A stretch of DNA of 64,000 nt, from positions 76,262,001 through 76,326,000 of the forward strand of contig OZ076409.1 in the NCBI GenBank assembly GCA_964187785.1, written 5' to 3'. This document shows positions 13,778 to 25,600 of this stretch, one piece after another; position 1 is the first letter of the stretch, and each line of letters begins with the position of its first letter. The position numbers were made by a program, and so were the translations under genes. The notes under the pieces are model-generated. The model was not told the origin of the DNA, searched no databases, and saw only the letters and a list, made by a program, of their open reading frames with translations. The stretch comes from Amphiscolops sp. MND2022 (Eukaryota).

Positions 13778-15048
13778 GTGGACGGGAACTTTTTTTCCTG
13801 CATTTTTCTGTCCAATTGGGGGAGGGGCCCCAAGTGGCTGTTATCCGGTTTTACTACCTACCCTAAACACGCTCAAAAAATGACGATCTCGAAAACCACC
13901 CCTTAGATTTTCCTGAAACTTTGCATACAGGCCTAGAATCAAATCCTAAGAACTATTTCCTACTGGCGTTTTTCCGAATTTTTTCAAAAAGTTGGTCAAA
14001 AATGCAACAAAAGTTGCCAATGGACATAAAAAACGCAACTTTTCGACTTTGAGGGCTCATAACTTTTTTCAAAGTGCCCGGAGCGATTCGCACAATAACA
14101 ACAATATTGCTCAGCATTGTCGGGGGAGTGCGTGGACAAATTTTGGTTTGAATCGGATGAAAAATGACTGAGAAATAAACGCAAATTTTCGTGCATTTGT
14201 TGCAAATACCAGTCTATCTCTGCCATTTTCGCCCAAAGTTTTTCCCAGAGCCTTTACAGGAGGCAACCCCTGCCCAAATTTCTGCCGAGCAAACCCATTT
14301 GGCCCTAAATACGAAGTTTCAGCGTTCTAGCATTTCCGGGCAAAAAGTTGTGGGACTTAGAAAAATTTCAAAAAAACGCAAAAATTGTAAAAAGTAACTT
14401 CTGGCGTCCCAAAGTCAGGAAACTTTCACACAACTAGTATTGCAAGTGAATGCATGTGGAAAGTACTCGGCTGGACGAGAACAATGAGCTATAGAACGAC
14501 TCTGTAGCTTAATTTGACGTTGACTTAGAACATTTTGATTGTGAGCGTCCTATAGGATTTTAATGTCAAAAATGAGATTTTGTAAGTCATGACTCATCAA
14601 AAACTCATTGGAATACGTTCAATCATCCCCATAGCTGTTCAATCACCGTTGCTTAGTAGAGCAACGCCATTTAATGTCTTTGGACTCATTTTGAAAATTC
14701 TTCTTACCGTCTTATTCGTCCGATATCACGAAACAGTTGAGTACATTCCATCTCCCCCTTGTGGGGGAGATGAGAATGTACTCGCCAAAGACCTGATACA
14801 ATGGCCCATATTGGTTTTTATTTGACTTTTCTCACAATATTGCACACGGATAGTTGTGTTTGGTAAAAGTTTTCCTTCGCACCATGTCTCCAGAAGCTAA
14901 ACCACTTCTTTACCTTACTACTACTCAAACATCACTAACGTCAACGCCACATACTCGCATCAACGCCCACCGTCCGTGGGCATGCCGAGGCATGCCCTTC
15001 GACGACGTATGCCAAATAGCGCCACCTGGCGCCCCCAATTTCCGCTAG
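13778..15048 (+). mobile_element. Family C non-autonomous unit (1271 bp)
   Basis: CTAG|GTG bounded; similar to the unit at 11114. Confidence 0.82.
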
Positions 15049-18000
15049 GTGGCCGGGGGATTCCCCAATCTTCATTTTGAGGCGCGGGGAGGGTCCTGCG
15101 CCGAAGTGAAAAATACCTATTAACAACTAGTATAAAAAATGGTCACTTCTGAAGCCGATTTCGAAAACTACCCACACGATTCGCCTAAAAATTTGCATGC
15201 GGCTCCCAATCGACATTCTAAGAGCAAATCCCTACTACCAATTTCCTGGGAAAATTCATTTTGATGGTCAAAATCTCTATTTTAGGTTCCAAAAATGGCA
15301 TTTTTCTGGAAAATTTTTGTCCCAGAGTCGATTATTCGGAACTGGTGCTTCCAGCGCAGTAAAGCCTAGCTGATTTATTGTTGGGCACTTCATCAGGAGT
15401 CCGTATGCAAATTTTCGTCCAAATCGGATAAAAATTGACTGAGTAATAGCCGCAAATCCGACGATTTTTTCAGAAAATTTTCGTACATCTAGTCTATCTC
15501 TGCCGTTTTTTGCCCAGATTTTTTTCCAGGACCTCTCCTAAAGGCCTCCCCTGGCCGGTTTACCTCCCAGAAAAACCATTTGACCCTTTTGCCGCAGTTT
15601 CAGCGTTCCAGGATTCCCCGGGTAAAAAATAAATGACTTAGAATTTTTTCGAAAAATTTTCAAAAATTTTTTTTTCAAATTCAGGCCTCCCAAAGGTAAG
15701 AAACTTCCACACAACTAGTATTGCAAGTGAATGCATGTGGAAAGTGCTTGAATAGACGAGAAAAATGAGCTATTATAAAACTCTCTAGCTTAACCTGACG
15801 TTGACTTATGTTGTTTTGAAGGTGAGATTGGGGTGTGTGAATTACTAAATTTCGTCTAAACACCCATTTTTCGTGAAGTCGAAATTCAGCTTTTGAAGCA
15901 CAAATATTCTTTCTGATGCAACCAGTGGGGCACATGATATTCGAAAAGACCAATAGGATTGGTACAAGTGGCTCCAATATTACATGGGCAGCGATAAGAC
16001 GTTATTCATAAAAAAAACTTATCAATTCAAGTAAACATATCGGAAGCCTGGGATCACAGTGAAAAATGATTTCATCAAAAATTTACTCGTTTTTGTCAAT
16101 CACTATGTACACAGAACGCGTACGCTGAGTTTCAGCACTAAAATAAGGTTTTTGAAGTAATCGGGCTGCTCAATTTGTGGCTTTTTATCATTTGACGTTA
16201 TTTTGTTGCGTTTCTTATGTCTATTTTGCGTTTTTTTCCTCATAACTTTTTTCCAGGACATCATAGCCATTTTTGTTGCTCCTACGTTGCGTTGCAGCAT
16301 CTGAAAACACATCTGCTGACAAACTTTGGTTGAAATCGGATCACCCCCCGCCGAGATAGAGGGGTACCCCCCTCCGATTTTACCCCACAATTTTGTAAAA
16401 ATGCCAATTTTGAGCATGAAGCTGTCGATTTAGCGTGTCCGTACCCTGCTGAAAATTTGTCGGGCGTAAGGCGTTACAGCTGATAACAGGTATGTTTTTT
16501 ACCTTGTACCCCCCTGAGACCGAAAATGACATTTTTTATGTACTTTCAGACCGGAAATCAACATTTTTACAGATTCAAGCCACCCAAAGTCAAGAAACGT
16601 CCACACAACTAGGATTGCAAGTGAATGCATGTGGAAAGCCCTTGTTTTAGGGAGAAAAATCCCGTTTAGAACGTCGTTTTATCTTAACCTGACGTTGACT
16701 TATGTTGTTTTGAAGGTGCGATTGGGGTACGTGAAGTACCAAATATAGTCTGAAACACCCATTTTTCGTGAAGTCGATTTTCGAAATTCGGCTTTTGAAG
16801 CACAAATAATCATTCTGACGTAACCAGTGGGGCCCATGATACTCGAAAACACGAATGGTACTGGTACCAACGGTTCCAATAACATATGAGCAGCGATAAG
16901 ACATTATTCATAGCAAAATTTCTCAATTGAAGTAAACATCTGGGAAGCCTGGGATCACAATGAAAAGTGATTTCATCAAATTTGTACTCATTTTCGTCAA
17001 TCACTTTGTACACAGAATGCATAGTGTGAGTTTTATCACTTGAATGATGTTTTTGAAGAACTTGGGCTGGTCAAGGTGATGTATGAGACATTTTTTTCAT
17101 GTATACTACTATATTTCCTAAAACTTTTAACCCATTATCTCAAAACGCTAACTTTGCAAAATACGTTCAGTTACTTTATTCAACGATTAGAGTATCGGTG
17201 AACGGTGTGGTTGATCAGAAACTCTCAGTTCTTTTGTTTTACGAGATAATTCCCTTCCCATGCGTTACATTTGTATCAGAAAAAAAGTAGAAGCTAAAAA
17301 ATACGCTATTTTGCAAAGATAGAATCGCCACGATTGTGTCTAAAAACACTTTAAACACTTCTAACGCCACCTTACGGACCCAGGATGGTGGAAAATACCA
17401 TTCACAATGTTGCAATGTGCTCTTTTTACAATCCAGGTTGAACAATTTTTGTATATTTTACAAGTAGCTGTTAACTGAATCTTGTGATAGCCTTTCAAGT
17501 TGGCCTTGTGTCAACTTGGGAAGGCTATCACCACAAAAAAACACTGAACAAAGTCACTTCTCGTTTATGTCGTTTATGGGATAATGCTGGCGATAGTCGT
17601 TTTCGTGATTCTTTCCTACCGTTATTAGCTTCCATCAAGTCAGCTATCGATTGCATTCAGTCTTGATAAAAACCTTATGAATTCGAAGACCTTTTTCTAT
17701 TTTTTTTTGACGGCAGTACTTATGAAATTTATATTAAATCTAAACATTTAGTACAATAATTTTAGCTTTCTTTTACCGTTATCAGCCCCATCCACCCCGT
17801 ACGTTCTCGTACCCCAACACAACAAATTCTCTGAGTCAACGCCACACACTCGCATCAATGCCCACAGTCCGTAGGCATGCCGAGATGAACGTCATCATTT
17901 TTTTGCCAAGATAACAGAATAAGTTAACATTATGTTGTTTCTCACGCGCAAGAGCGAGATTGAAGATCCAAGTCGAAAAAAGATGTTGTCATAACTTTTA

Positions 18001-18164
18001 CACTAATGTGTTCCTAATTTAAACAACAGAACCAATACTGACGCAATCTAATTACCCGACGCCACATACCCTCATCAACGCCCACTGTCCGTAGGCATGC
18101 CGAGGCATGCCTTTCGACGACGTATGCCAAATACCTTCCAGCGACGCCCGCGCTCCCCGGCTAG
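15049..18164 (+). mobile_element. Family D composite non-autonomous unit (3116 bp)
   Basis: Contains an internal duplication of the central block (about 15690 and about 16585) and a decayed extra terminal motif near 17835. A same-length copy lies at 34983. Confidence 0.82.
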
Positions 18165-19436
18165 GTGGCCGGGAATTTTTTTTCTGCTCAAATCTTTGCC
18201 GCTGGGGGAGGGGCCCCTTGCGGCTGCTGTTCGGTTTTACTACCTACCAAAACCTGCTTTTTTTTTCACGATCTCGAGAACCACCCGTACGATTTTCCTG
18301 AAAATTTGCATACAGGCTTAGAATCAAATCCTAAGAACTATTTCCTACTGGCGTTTTTCCGAATTTTTTCAAAAAGTTGGTCAAAAACGCAACAAAAGTT
18401 GCCAATTGACATAAAAAACGCAACTTTTCGACTTTTAGGGCTCATAACTTTTTCCAGAGTGCCCGGAGCGACCCGTGTGCATCGGACACTTTTGTTCAGC
18501 ATTCTAGGAAGAGTGCGTGGGCAAATTTTCGTTTAAATAGGACAAAAATTGACTGAGAAATTAACGCAAATTCTGGTGCATTTTTTGCGAAGACTAGTCT
18601 ATCTCTGCCATTTTCGCCCAAAATTTTTCCCAGAGCCTTTACAGGAGGCAACCCCTGCCCAAATTTCTGCCGAGCAAACCCATTTGGCCCTAAATACGAG
18701 GTTTCAGCGTTCTAGCATTTCCGGGCAAAAAGTTGTGGGACTTAGAAATTTTTCAAAAAAATGCAAAAATTGTAAAAAGTAACTTCCGGCGTCCCAAAGT
18801 CAAGAAACTTTCACACAACTAGTATTGCAAGTGAATGTATGTGGAAAGTACTTGGATAGACGAGAAAAATGAGCTTTAGAACGACTCTCTAGCTTAATCT
18901 GACGTTGACTTATGACATTTTGAGTGTGAGCATCCTATAGGATTTTAATGTCAAAAATGAGATTTTGTAAGTCATGTCTCATCAAAAACTCGTCGGAATA
19001 CGTTCAATCATCCCCATAGCTGTTCAATTACTGTGACTTAGTAGAGCAACGCCATTTAATGTCCTTGGACCCATTTTGAAAATTTTCGTTATCGTCTTAT
19101 TCGTCCGATATCCCGAAACAGTTGAGTACATTCCATCTCTCCCTTAAGGGGGAGATGAGAATGTACTCGCCAAACACCTGACACAATGGCCCATATTGGT
19201 TTTTATTTGACCTTTCTCACGATATTACACACGGATAGCTGTGTTTGGTAAAAGTTTTCCATTGCACCATGTCTCCAGAAGCTAAACCACTTCTTTAGCC
19301 TACTACTTCTACTCAAACATCACTAACGTCAACGCCACATACTCGCATCAACGCCCACCGTCCGTGGGCATGCCGAGGCATGCCCTTCGACGACGTATGC
19401 CAAATAGCGCCACCTGGCGCCCCCAATTTCCGCTAG
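18165..19436 (+). mobile_element. Family C variant unit (1272 bp) with a different left tip
   Basis: Body resembles the 11114 unit; the first ~60 bp resemble the 60351 unit. Confidence 0.8.
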
Positions 19437-20689
19437 GTGGTCGGTATTCTTTACTACCTCATGCTCTGAGGGCGGGGTAGGGCCCCTCGCCCGATCCTAA
19501 TCCTTAGGATTTTAAACATAAGGCCAATAATCCAGATAGAGGCGATCTCGAAAACTAACCTTACGATTTGGCTGAAATTTTGCATGCGGCTCCCTATGAC
19601 AGATATAAGAACAAATCCCTAGTGGCATTTTGCTGGGAAAATTCAGTTTTTGGGTCAAAATCACTATTTTAGGTCCAAAAAATGGCGTTTTTTCGGAAAA
19701 TTTTTTTTCAAGAGCCAATATCTCGCTCCCAGGTGCTCGGAGCGGGTCGCATGTGGACGTTGATATTGCTGGGCACTTCATAAGGAGTCCGTAGACAAAT
19801 TTTGGTTCAGATCGGATGAAAATTGACTGAGTAATAGAAAACTTTGAAAGGCATTTTGTCGAAAATTTTTGAAATCCCAGTCTATCTCTGCCGTTTTTTG
19901 CCCAGATTTTTTTCCAGGACCTCTCCTAAAGGCCTCCCCTGGCCGGTTTACCTCCCAGAAAAACCATTTGGCCCTTTTGCCGCAGTTTCAGCGATCCAGG
20001 ATTCCCCGGGTAAAAGTAAAATGACTTAGAATTTTTTCGAAAAATTTTCAAATTTTTTTTTTTCTACTTTACGCCTCCCAAAGTCAAGAAACGTCCACAC
20101 AACTAGTATTGCAAGTGGATGCATGTGGAAAGTGCTTGAATAGAGGAGAAAAATGAGCTATTATAAAACTTTTTAGCTTAACCTGACGTTGACTTATGAC
20201 AATTTGAGTATAGGTAGGTTTTAAATTAGTGGTGTTCCTAACTAATTTTTTTCCTTTTCCAGGTGACGCAGTCGACTTTTTCTGCATACAGGTAGTATTT
20301 GGTAACAGGTTACGTCTGGTTTGTGGTAATTTGGTAAGCAGAAGGTAGTTTCAGAAGGTAAGTATTTTTTTCTCTGCCCTGTTCTTTTTAGAGGGGGTCC
20401 CATGGACCTCGCTGACGGTTGCAAATGTGTAGGGCAACCTGAGGCGAAAGGTGTAGATCTGCCTTAAGGGGCGGTGAGGTAAAATAAATCTAATTAAGGT
20501 CCGATTGTTTAATGCTTCTTTAAACTGAGCTGTTTTGTATGTGTCTTGTTCTTGTATTATTCGAATGTTTTAAATTTAATTACCTTCAGTTTTTTTTACT
20601 TATTACAGTGTCACATAATTCAAATCTTTCAAATTTAATTACCTTCAGCTTTTATTTACATGATTGTTTCAATTCCTGTTCAAACTTCG

Positions 20690-21270
20690 TCGAGCGACGG
20701 TCTACTAATACAAGGGTGGCCAAATGCTTATATACATTTCTTTGGTATTGATTTTTCTCTAATTTCCTTGGCGAGCGGCGGTCTTTCGATACAAGGGTGT
20801 TCAAATGCTTATTTTTTACATTTTTGATACTGATCTTTTAACGTTTTCCATTGAGACAGTTCACCAGTTTCCATTGGTTTTGAAAATTTATTAAAATTTT
20901 TAAAAATGCTTATATACATTTCTTTGGTATTGATTTTTCTCTAATTTCCTTGGCGAGCAGCATGTTTTATCAGTTGAATAATTCAGTATTTATTTCATCT
21001 TTTGAAGATTTTATTCTTGTTAATTGAAACCTTTAAAACCGAATCTTTAACTAATCCATTTCGCATTCTTTCGAATACCAAACTACTTCTTTATCAAATG
21101 CTCATATATATTTCTTTGGTGTTGCTTTTTCATTTTCCATGGCGAGCGACGGTCTACTGATACAAGGGTGGCCAAATGCTCCGAAAAGCTTCTTCGTGTT
21201 TTTGGTGTTGCTTTTTTTCATTTTCCATGGCGAGCGACGGTCTACTGATACAAGGGTGGCCAAATGCTCT
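20690..21270 (+). repeat. Dispersed direct repeats carrying stem-loop motif GAGC-GAC-GGTCTACT-n-AGGGTGGCC-AAAT-GCTY
   Basis: Copies at 20699-20721, about 20780-20802 (degenerate), 21151-21173 and 21239-21261, plus a truncated copy near 20952. Confidence 0.8.
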
Positions 21271-21328
21271 AAAATATGTATGTAACAGTTTATTGGGTTT
21301 TAATTTTCGGTTCAATTTTTTCAGAAAT

Positions 21329-22003
21329 ATGCAAAATTCAGTCGTGATAAATTCCATGTCTTTTTTGGTGGAAGAATTTATTAACGGAAGTCCTATGCTC
21401 CTTCTTGGAGACAGTCTCTTGTGGGGCTTCCGAATGGCGGAGGTCGATCTCATTGCAATCAAAGGCGCAAGGCCTCAAGACCTCGAACAATACTTGATGA
21501 ATAATCCACTACCCATGGACACTTATAGAGTCATCGCCGTGATATGCGGAGGAAATTGCTTTAAGCAAAAAGTAAAAAATGGTGTCGTCAGGCCAAACTG
21601 TTCGCCATTTCGTGTGAGTAACTTTTCTTTTCACTCATAATGCTATTAATATTTATTTGACATTTTTTTGTGTATTGACACTTTGATACATTGATTCTCT
21701 TTGGAAAATCATACGATTTGTTTCCAGGCATACCGTTTGCTAATCGATTTAGCAAATTTTATAATGGCTCAAGCTACCGCCCGTGTAATAGTTATTGGCG
21801 TGCCTCCGCGCCATGATGGTACCCTTGAAGAAATACGCCAGTTGAATTCTTTGCTTGCCCTAGACAGGCGCTTTGGGTACAAATACATAGGAGTCTCCTG
21901 CTCCCTGATCAACAAGTCGGTCCTCGGTCAGGACAAAGTACACCTCCAGGCAGAAGGGAAAGCGAAGCTCAAAAGGGTTATCAGAACCAAGATAATATGT
22001 TAG
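21329..22003 (+). CDS. SGNH/GDSL hydrolase (esterase)-fold protein, 2 coding exons: join(21329..21613,21728..22003), about 186 aa
   Basis: Block I LLLGDS, block II KGAR, block III CGGN and block V DKVHL are split over ORFs 21176 and 21701. A phase-0 intron 21614-21727 (GTGAGT...TTCCAG) joins them in frame. The ATG lies 4 nt after a TTTTTTCAG acceptor ending at 21324. The start codon is inferred. Confidence 0.82.
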
Positions 22004-22604
22004 TTTTTCTCATCAGTATTCCTGAATATTTTTCTTTTTCTAAAATTTTTCTTTTTTATTCATTTTGAGCTTACATCGTTCGTCATTTTCTCTCTGTGTT
22101 ATTAAATGTTCTTTGTTTTCCACAGCAAGATACCTTTGAAACAGGGAGTCGAGTATCTATCCTGTATTGACTGATTATTGACTGACTGTTACTTTTGTTG
22201 TAGCATTGCTGGTTCAATACTTTGCATTGTTTAGTATTGCTTATTTGTTATTATTTATTCTGGTTCATTATTATGCTTTGTTTTGAATACTCTTTTGAAT
22301 TATCAATCAACTTTGTTTCTAATTTAAAACTAGGGTGTCAGGCAATGTGACGTTAGCGAGATTTTTTCTGTTCAAAAACGTATTTCCCGTCGCAATCAAA
22401 TTCAAGTCGTATAACATTTAAGTGCCGAGTTGACTTTTTCAGGAACAGGTATTATTAGGTAAAAGGTATTAGTTCAATGAATCGAACATGTTTTCCAATG
22501 TAAAACTGCGGAGCATAACCATTTGAGCGTTTTTTCAGAATCAATTGTATTGTTCCCATTAGCTTGGACGACTTTGCAATCGAGCTCTTGGCTAAAAGTC
22601 TAAT

Positions 22605-25600
22605 ATGCCCCCTGGTAGAGGGAGAAAAGCGAAAGGCAGGCGGCCTATGTGTTTGAATTGTGGTGGTTTTCTTGGAGGTGATGGAAGTTGTAGCAGATGT
22701 CTGGCGAGAGAGGTAGTAGTAGAGGATGAACCGCAGGTAAGTATAGACAATACCCCCATACCCCCAATGTTCCCCAATGATATTGACATGACAGAAGAAG
22801 TGACGATGCCCCCGGTTGTCCCCAACGACATTCAGATGACAGAGGAGGAAACAGTGTGCAGTAAGTGTTGCAGGACTACTACTGACGACTACCCACTTGA
22901 CTTCCAAACTTTGAACAAAGACTCTGTACAATCAACAATGTTTGGCAAACCTACTCGTGAGATGGTCGGGGACACAGTAACAATGTGTCAACAGTGCCTC
23001 ATTTACAACAGCAACGATAACCGGTCGACAGATTGGCCCAATGCTTGGCCCAGCGTTATGTATACCTTTTTATTCGAAACACATAGGTTCAATTCTAATA
23101 CTCGGAATCTGTTGAACGTTCTGCCAGTCGAAATAAGACTTTCTTTTCGGTATCACTTAAACACTGTTTGTCCGGGTTTATACACTAGTGTTAACGAAAC
23201 GGGATTTCGGGATATAACTAAAGAAAAGTCAAATTTTTGGACTCTAATTACCACTCGAACTGCTAAAACACTGGTGCAAGCTTTAACTGAGTATTGTTTT
23301 CCAAACGTTAGATGCCCGGCAGGTTGCTTCGAGTTTATTGAAAAAACATCCGGTATTTCTTTTGCACATTTTTTAAATTATTTACACCCGACTTTTACAA
23401 GTTTCAACGCAAACAGTTCTAAATTTCTGAACGGTGCGCGGAAAAATTTCCTAGAACGTGAAACACTGTTGGAAAAGTTCGAAATTTCCCCATGCGTTAT
23501 CAACAACCAAAACGGATTGCAATTAGTAACTTGTTCCGACCATGAGAATGGTGTTACACTAAGATACGTTCATGTGCCAACTAACCCAATAGTAGGAAAT
23601 GTAAGTATTAATAATGCAGACAGATTAGCTTTGATGGTATCGAGCGTTCGAACAGTTCGACCCCTGAAAATAGGATCTAAAAGTGCTACTTTTACCATGT
23701 GCCGTGTCGACAGTGGACGGGTAAGTGGTGTGAGCTCCACTGTTCTCCATAAGTTCAGAAACTTTGACGCCCCCTATAATGAACGTTTATTTAATCTTGA
23801 AAAATTTATAATTAACTGTAGGACTGATGTTCAGGATGTTATTAGAACTTGCTGTGAAAACGAAGAAATGAGCAACATTTTGGCCGAATTTTATTTGAAC
23901 AGTGAATCGCCCGTCAGTAATGTCATTGTTGAAAAGCACATTTCCAATTCAGTAGTTTTTGATATAAATTGTTTGATGAAAATGAAAGATTTTGTTGAAA
24001 GTTGTCCTGATGACATGAAAAATAAGGATTACTTCATGGCGCCCATAGCTTTTGGACACACAGTCGATGATTATGGCCATGAACCACCAACTCTTCCACA
24101 AACAGTTTCAGAAGATTTTGACTTGTTTGCTTTTGTTGTGGCATTTTCTACTCAGGATGTTTTATGGTCCAAGCTTGTGGAAAATTGTCAAGACAACTAT
24201 GATGTTCAAGCATTGTGTGGAACACTCCATAAACTTAGGCAAAGTTCTAATAAAAGAAGAAATGGTAAGAAAACTAATAATTCGGTACGCGCAACAGCTG
24301 TTAGTGCGCTTACATTAGCCTTGGAAAACATTTTTGGCTCTAAAACCGACGCATTTTTAAATATGTGTGAAATTCTCGACGGCTGTATGGTCGTTCAGAT
24401 CCAACGCAGAGAATTCGATATTAGGGTAGACTGTACTAGGAATGACGTTGTTGTTCTTGCTTCCGTCGTCTCAACTGGTAGAAATCCTCAACTTCCGTTT
24501 GAAATAACTTCTGTCAATGGTCGGTCATTCCATTTAACGTTGATAGTTGCGGAAAACAGAGCTAGCGTGCGTTATGGACCACCTTTTTTCGGTTTTTGGA
24601 CCATGTCGTCTGATGGGCACAGACCGGTGAAAGATCCCAACTTGCAGGAGCAGTACAATCGAACTTGGAAGTTTCTCGTTTACATATCAAAAACAACTTC
24701 ACCGGAATCTTCGAAAATGCGATACTTGACGTATATGGGAGGGCAAAGTGTGTTTTTCTGTCGGGAACATAATTATCCCTTAACTACTGATTACATAAGC
24801 AGCAATAGGAAATGTAGTCTACCAAGAACTGACCACCGAGGTCTAACATGCACGCGAAAATCCGCCTGGAGATGTCCTAAGAAAGATTGCTTTGCTTCGA
24901 CTTGCAAATCACATTTCCGCGAGTTATGCGATAACGTAGATCGAGTTTTCGTAGATAATACACCTTCAGATGAGCCTATAGCTGACAGCAGTGATGACGA
25001 AATTCTGTTGCCACAAGACGAAGAACAACAAAGCCCTGAACTTGATCAACGTGAATTTGGTCTTGACAACCCCGGAACTTCTCATTATGAAGAAGAAGCA
25101 AATATGGACGAGTTTGACGCCCCCCAGTTGATTGTAGACGCCGGTTATCAAGACAATAACGCTTTTACCTCTGACTCTGGCTGTGAACCTGTTTACTTGT
25201 CTAAAGATTCCAATTGCGTCCCTATGCACGTTCTTCTGAATGGAGAATGTCAAGTAATGAAACGACTGCGATATCCGACACCTGTAGGCAAAAAGTTCAA
25301 ACGGTTTTTTCAAAATTTTGTTTCAACTCTGCAAGGAAGAGCAATTCCTTTTCTTCAAGTAGAGGCGCACATGTTTGTTCACATTTTTTACAAGCAGTTG
25401 GAGGACGGATCATTTCCTGGCGCACTTCCCTTTTTTTTATATGATGATAGATACGCTAACTCAAAATTTGATTTCGATGGCCTCCACGAGCACATGAAAT
25501 TAAGACTGAAAGACGCAACACTTTTGACTTCATCAAGTCTTCCGTACATTATGCACGCGTTCGATGCCGTTCTAAATTTGTCGTTGGTTAAATGTCACAC

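Noticed and set aside
831..20100. Short 60-133 aa ORFs recurring in the repeat units (also throughout 33587-64000)
   Set aside because: They are frameshifted or absent between copies, often start at TTG/GTG, cross unit junctions and show no recognisable domains.
21176..21328. N-terminal extension of the 154-aa ORF
   Set aside because: It runs through a non-coding repeat copy and a polypyrimidine tract ending in a splice acceptor, so it is probably intronic.
22761..22856. Two-copy 16-aa repeat (PPxxPNDIxMTEE) in the transposase N-terminus
   Set aside because: Real, but probably an ordinary small in-frame duplication in a disordered linker.
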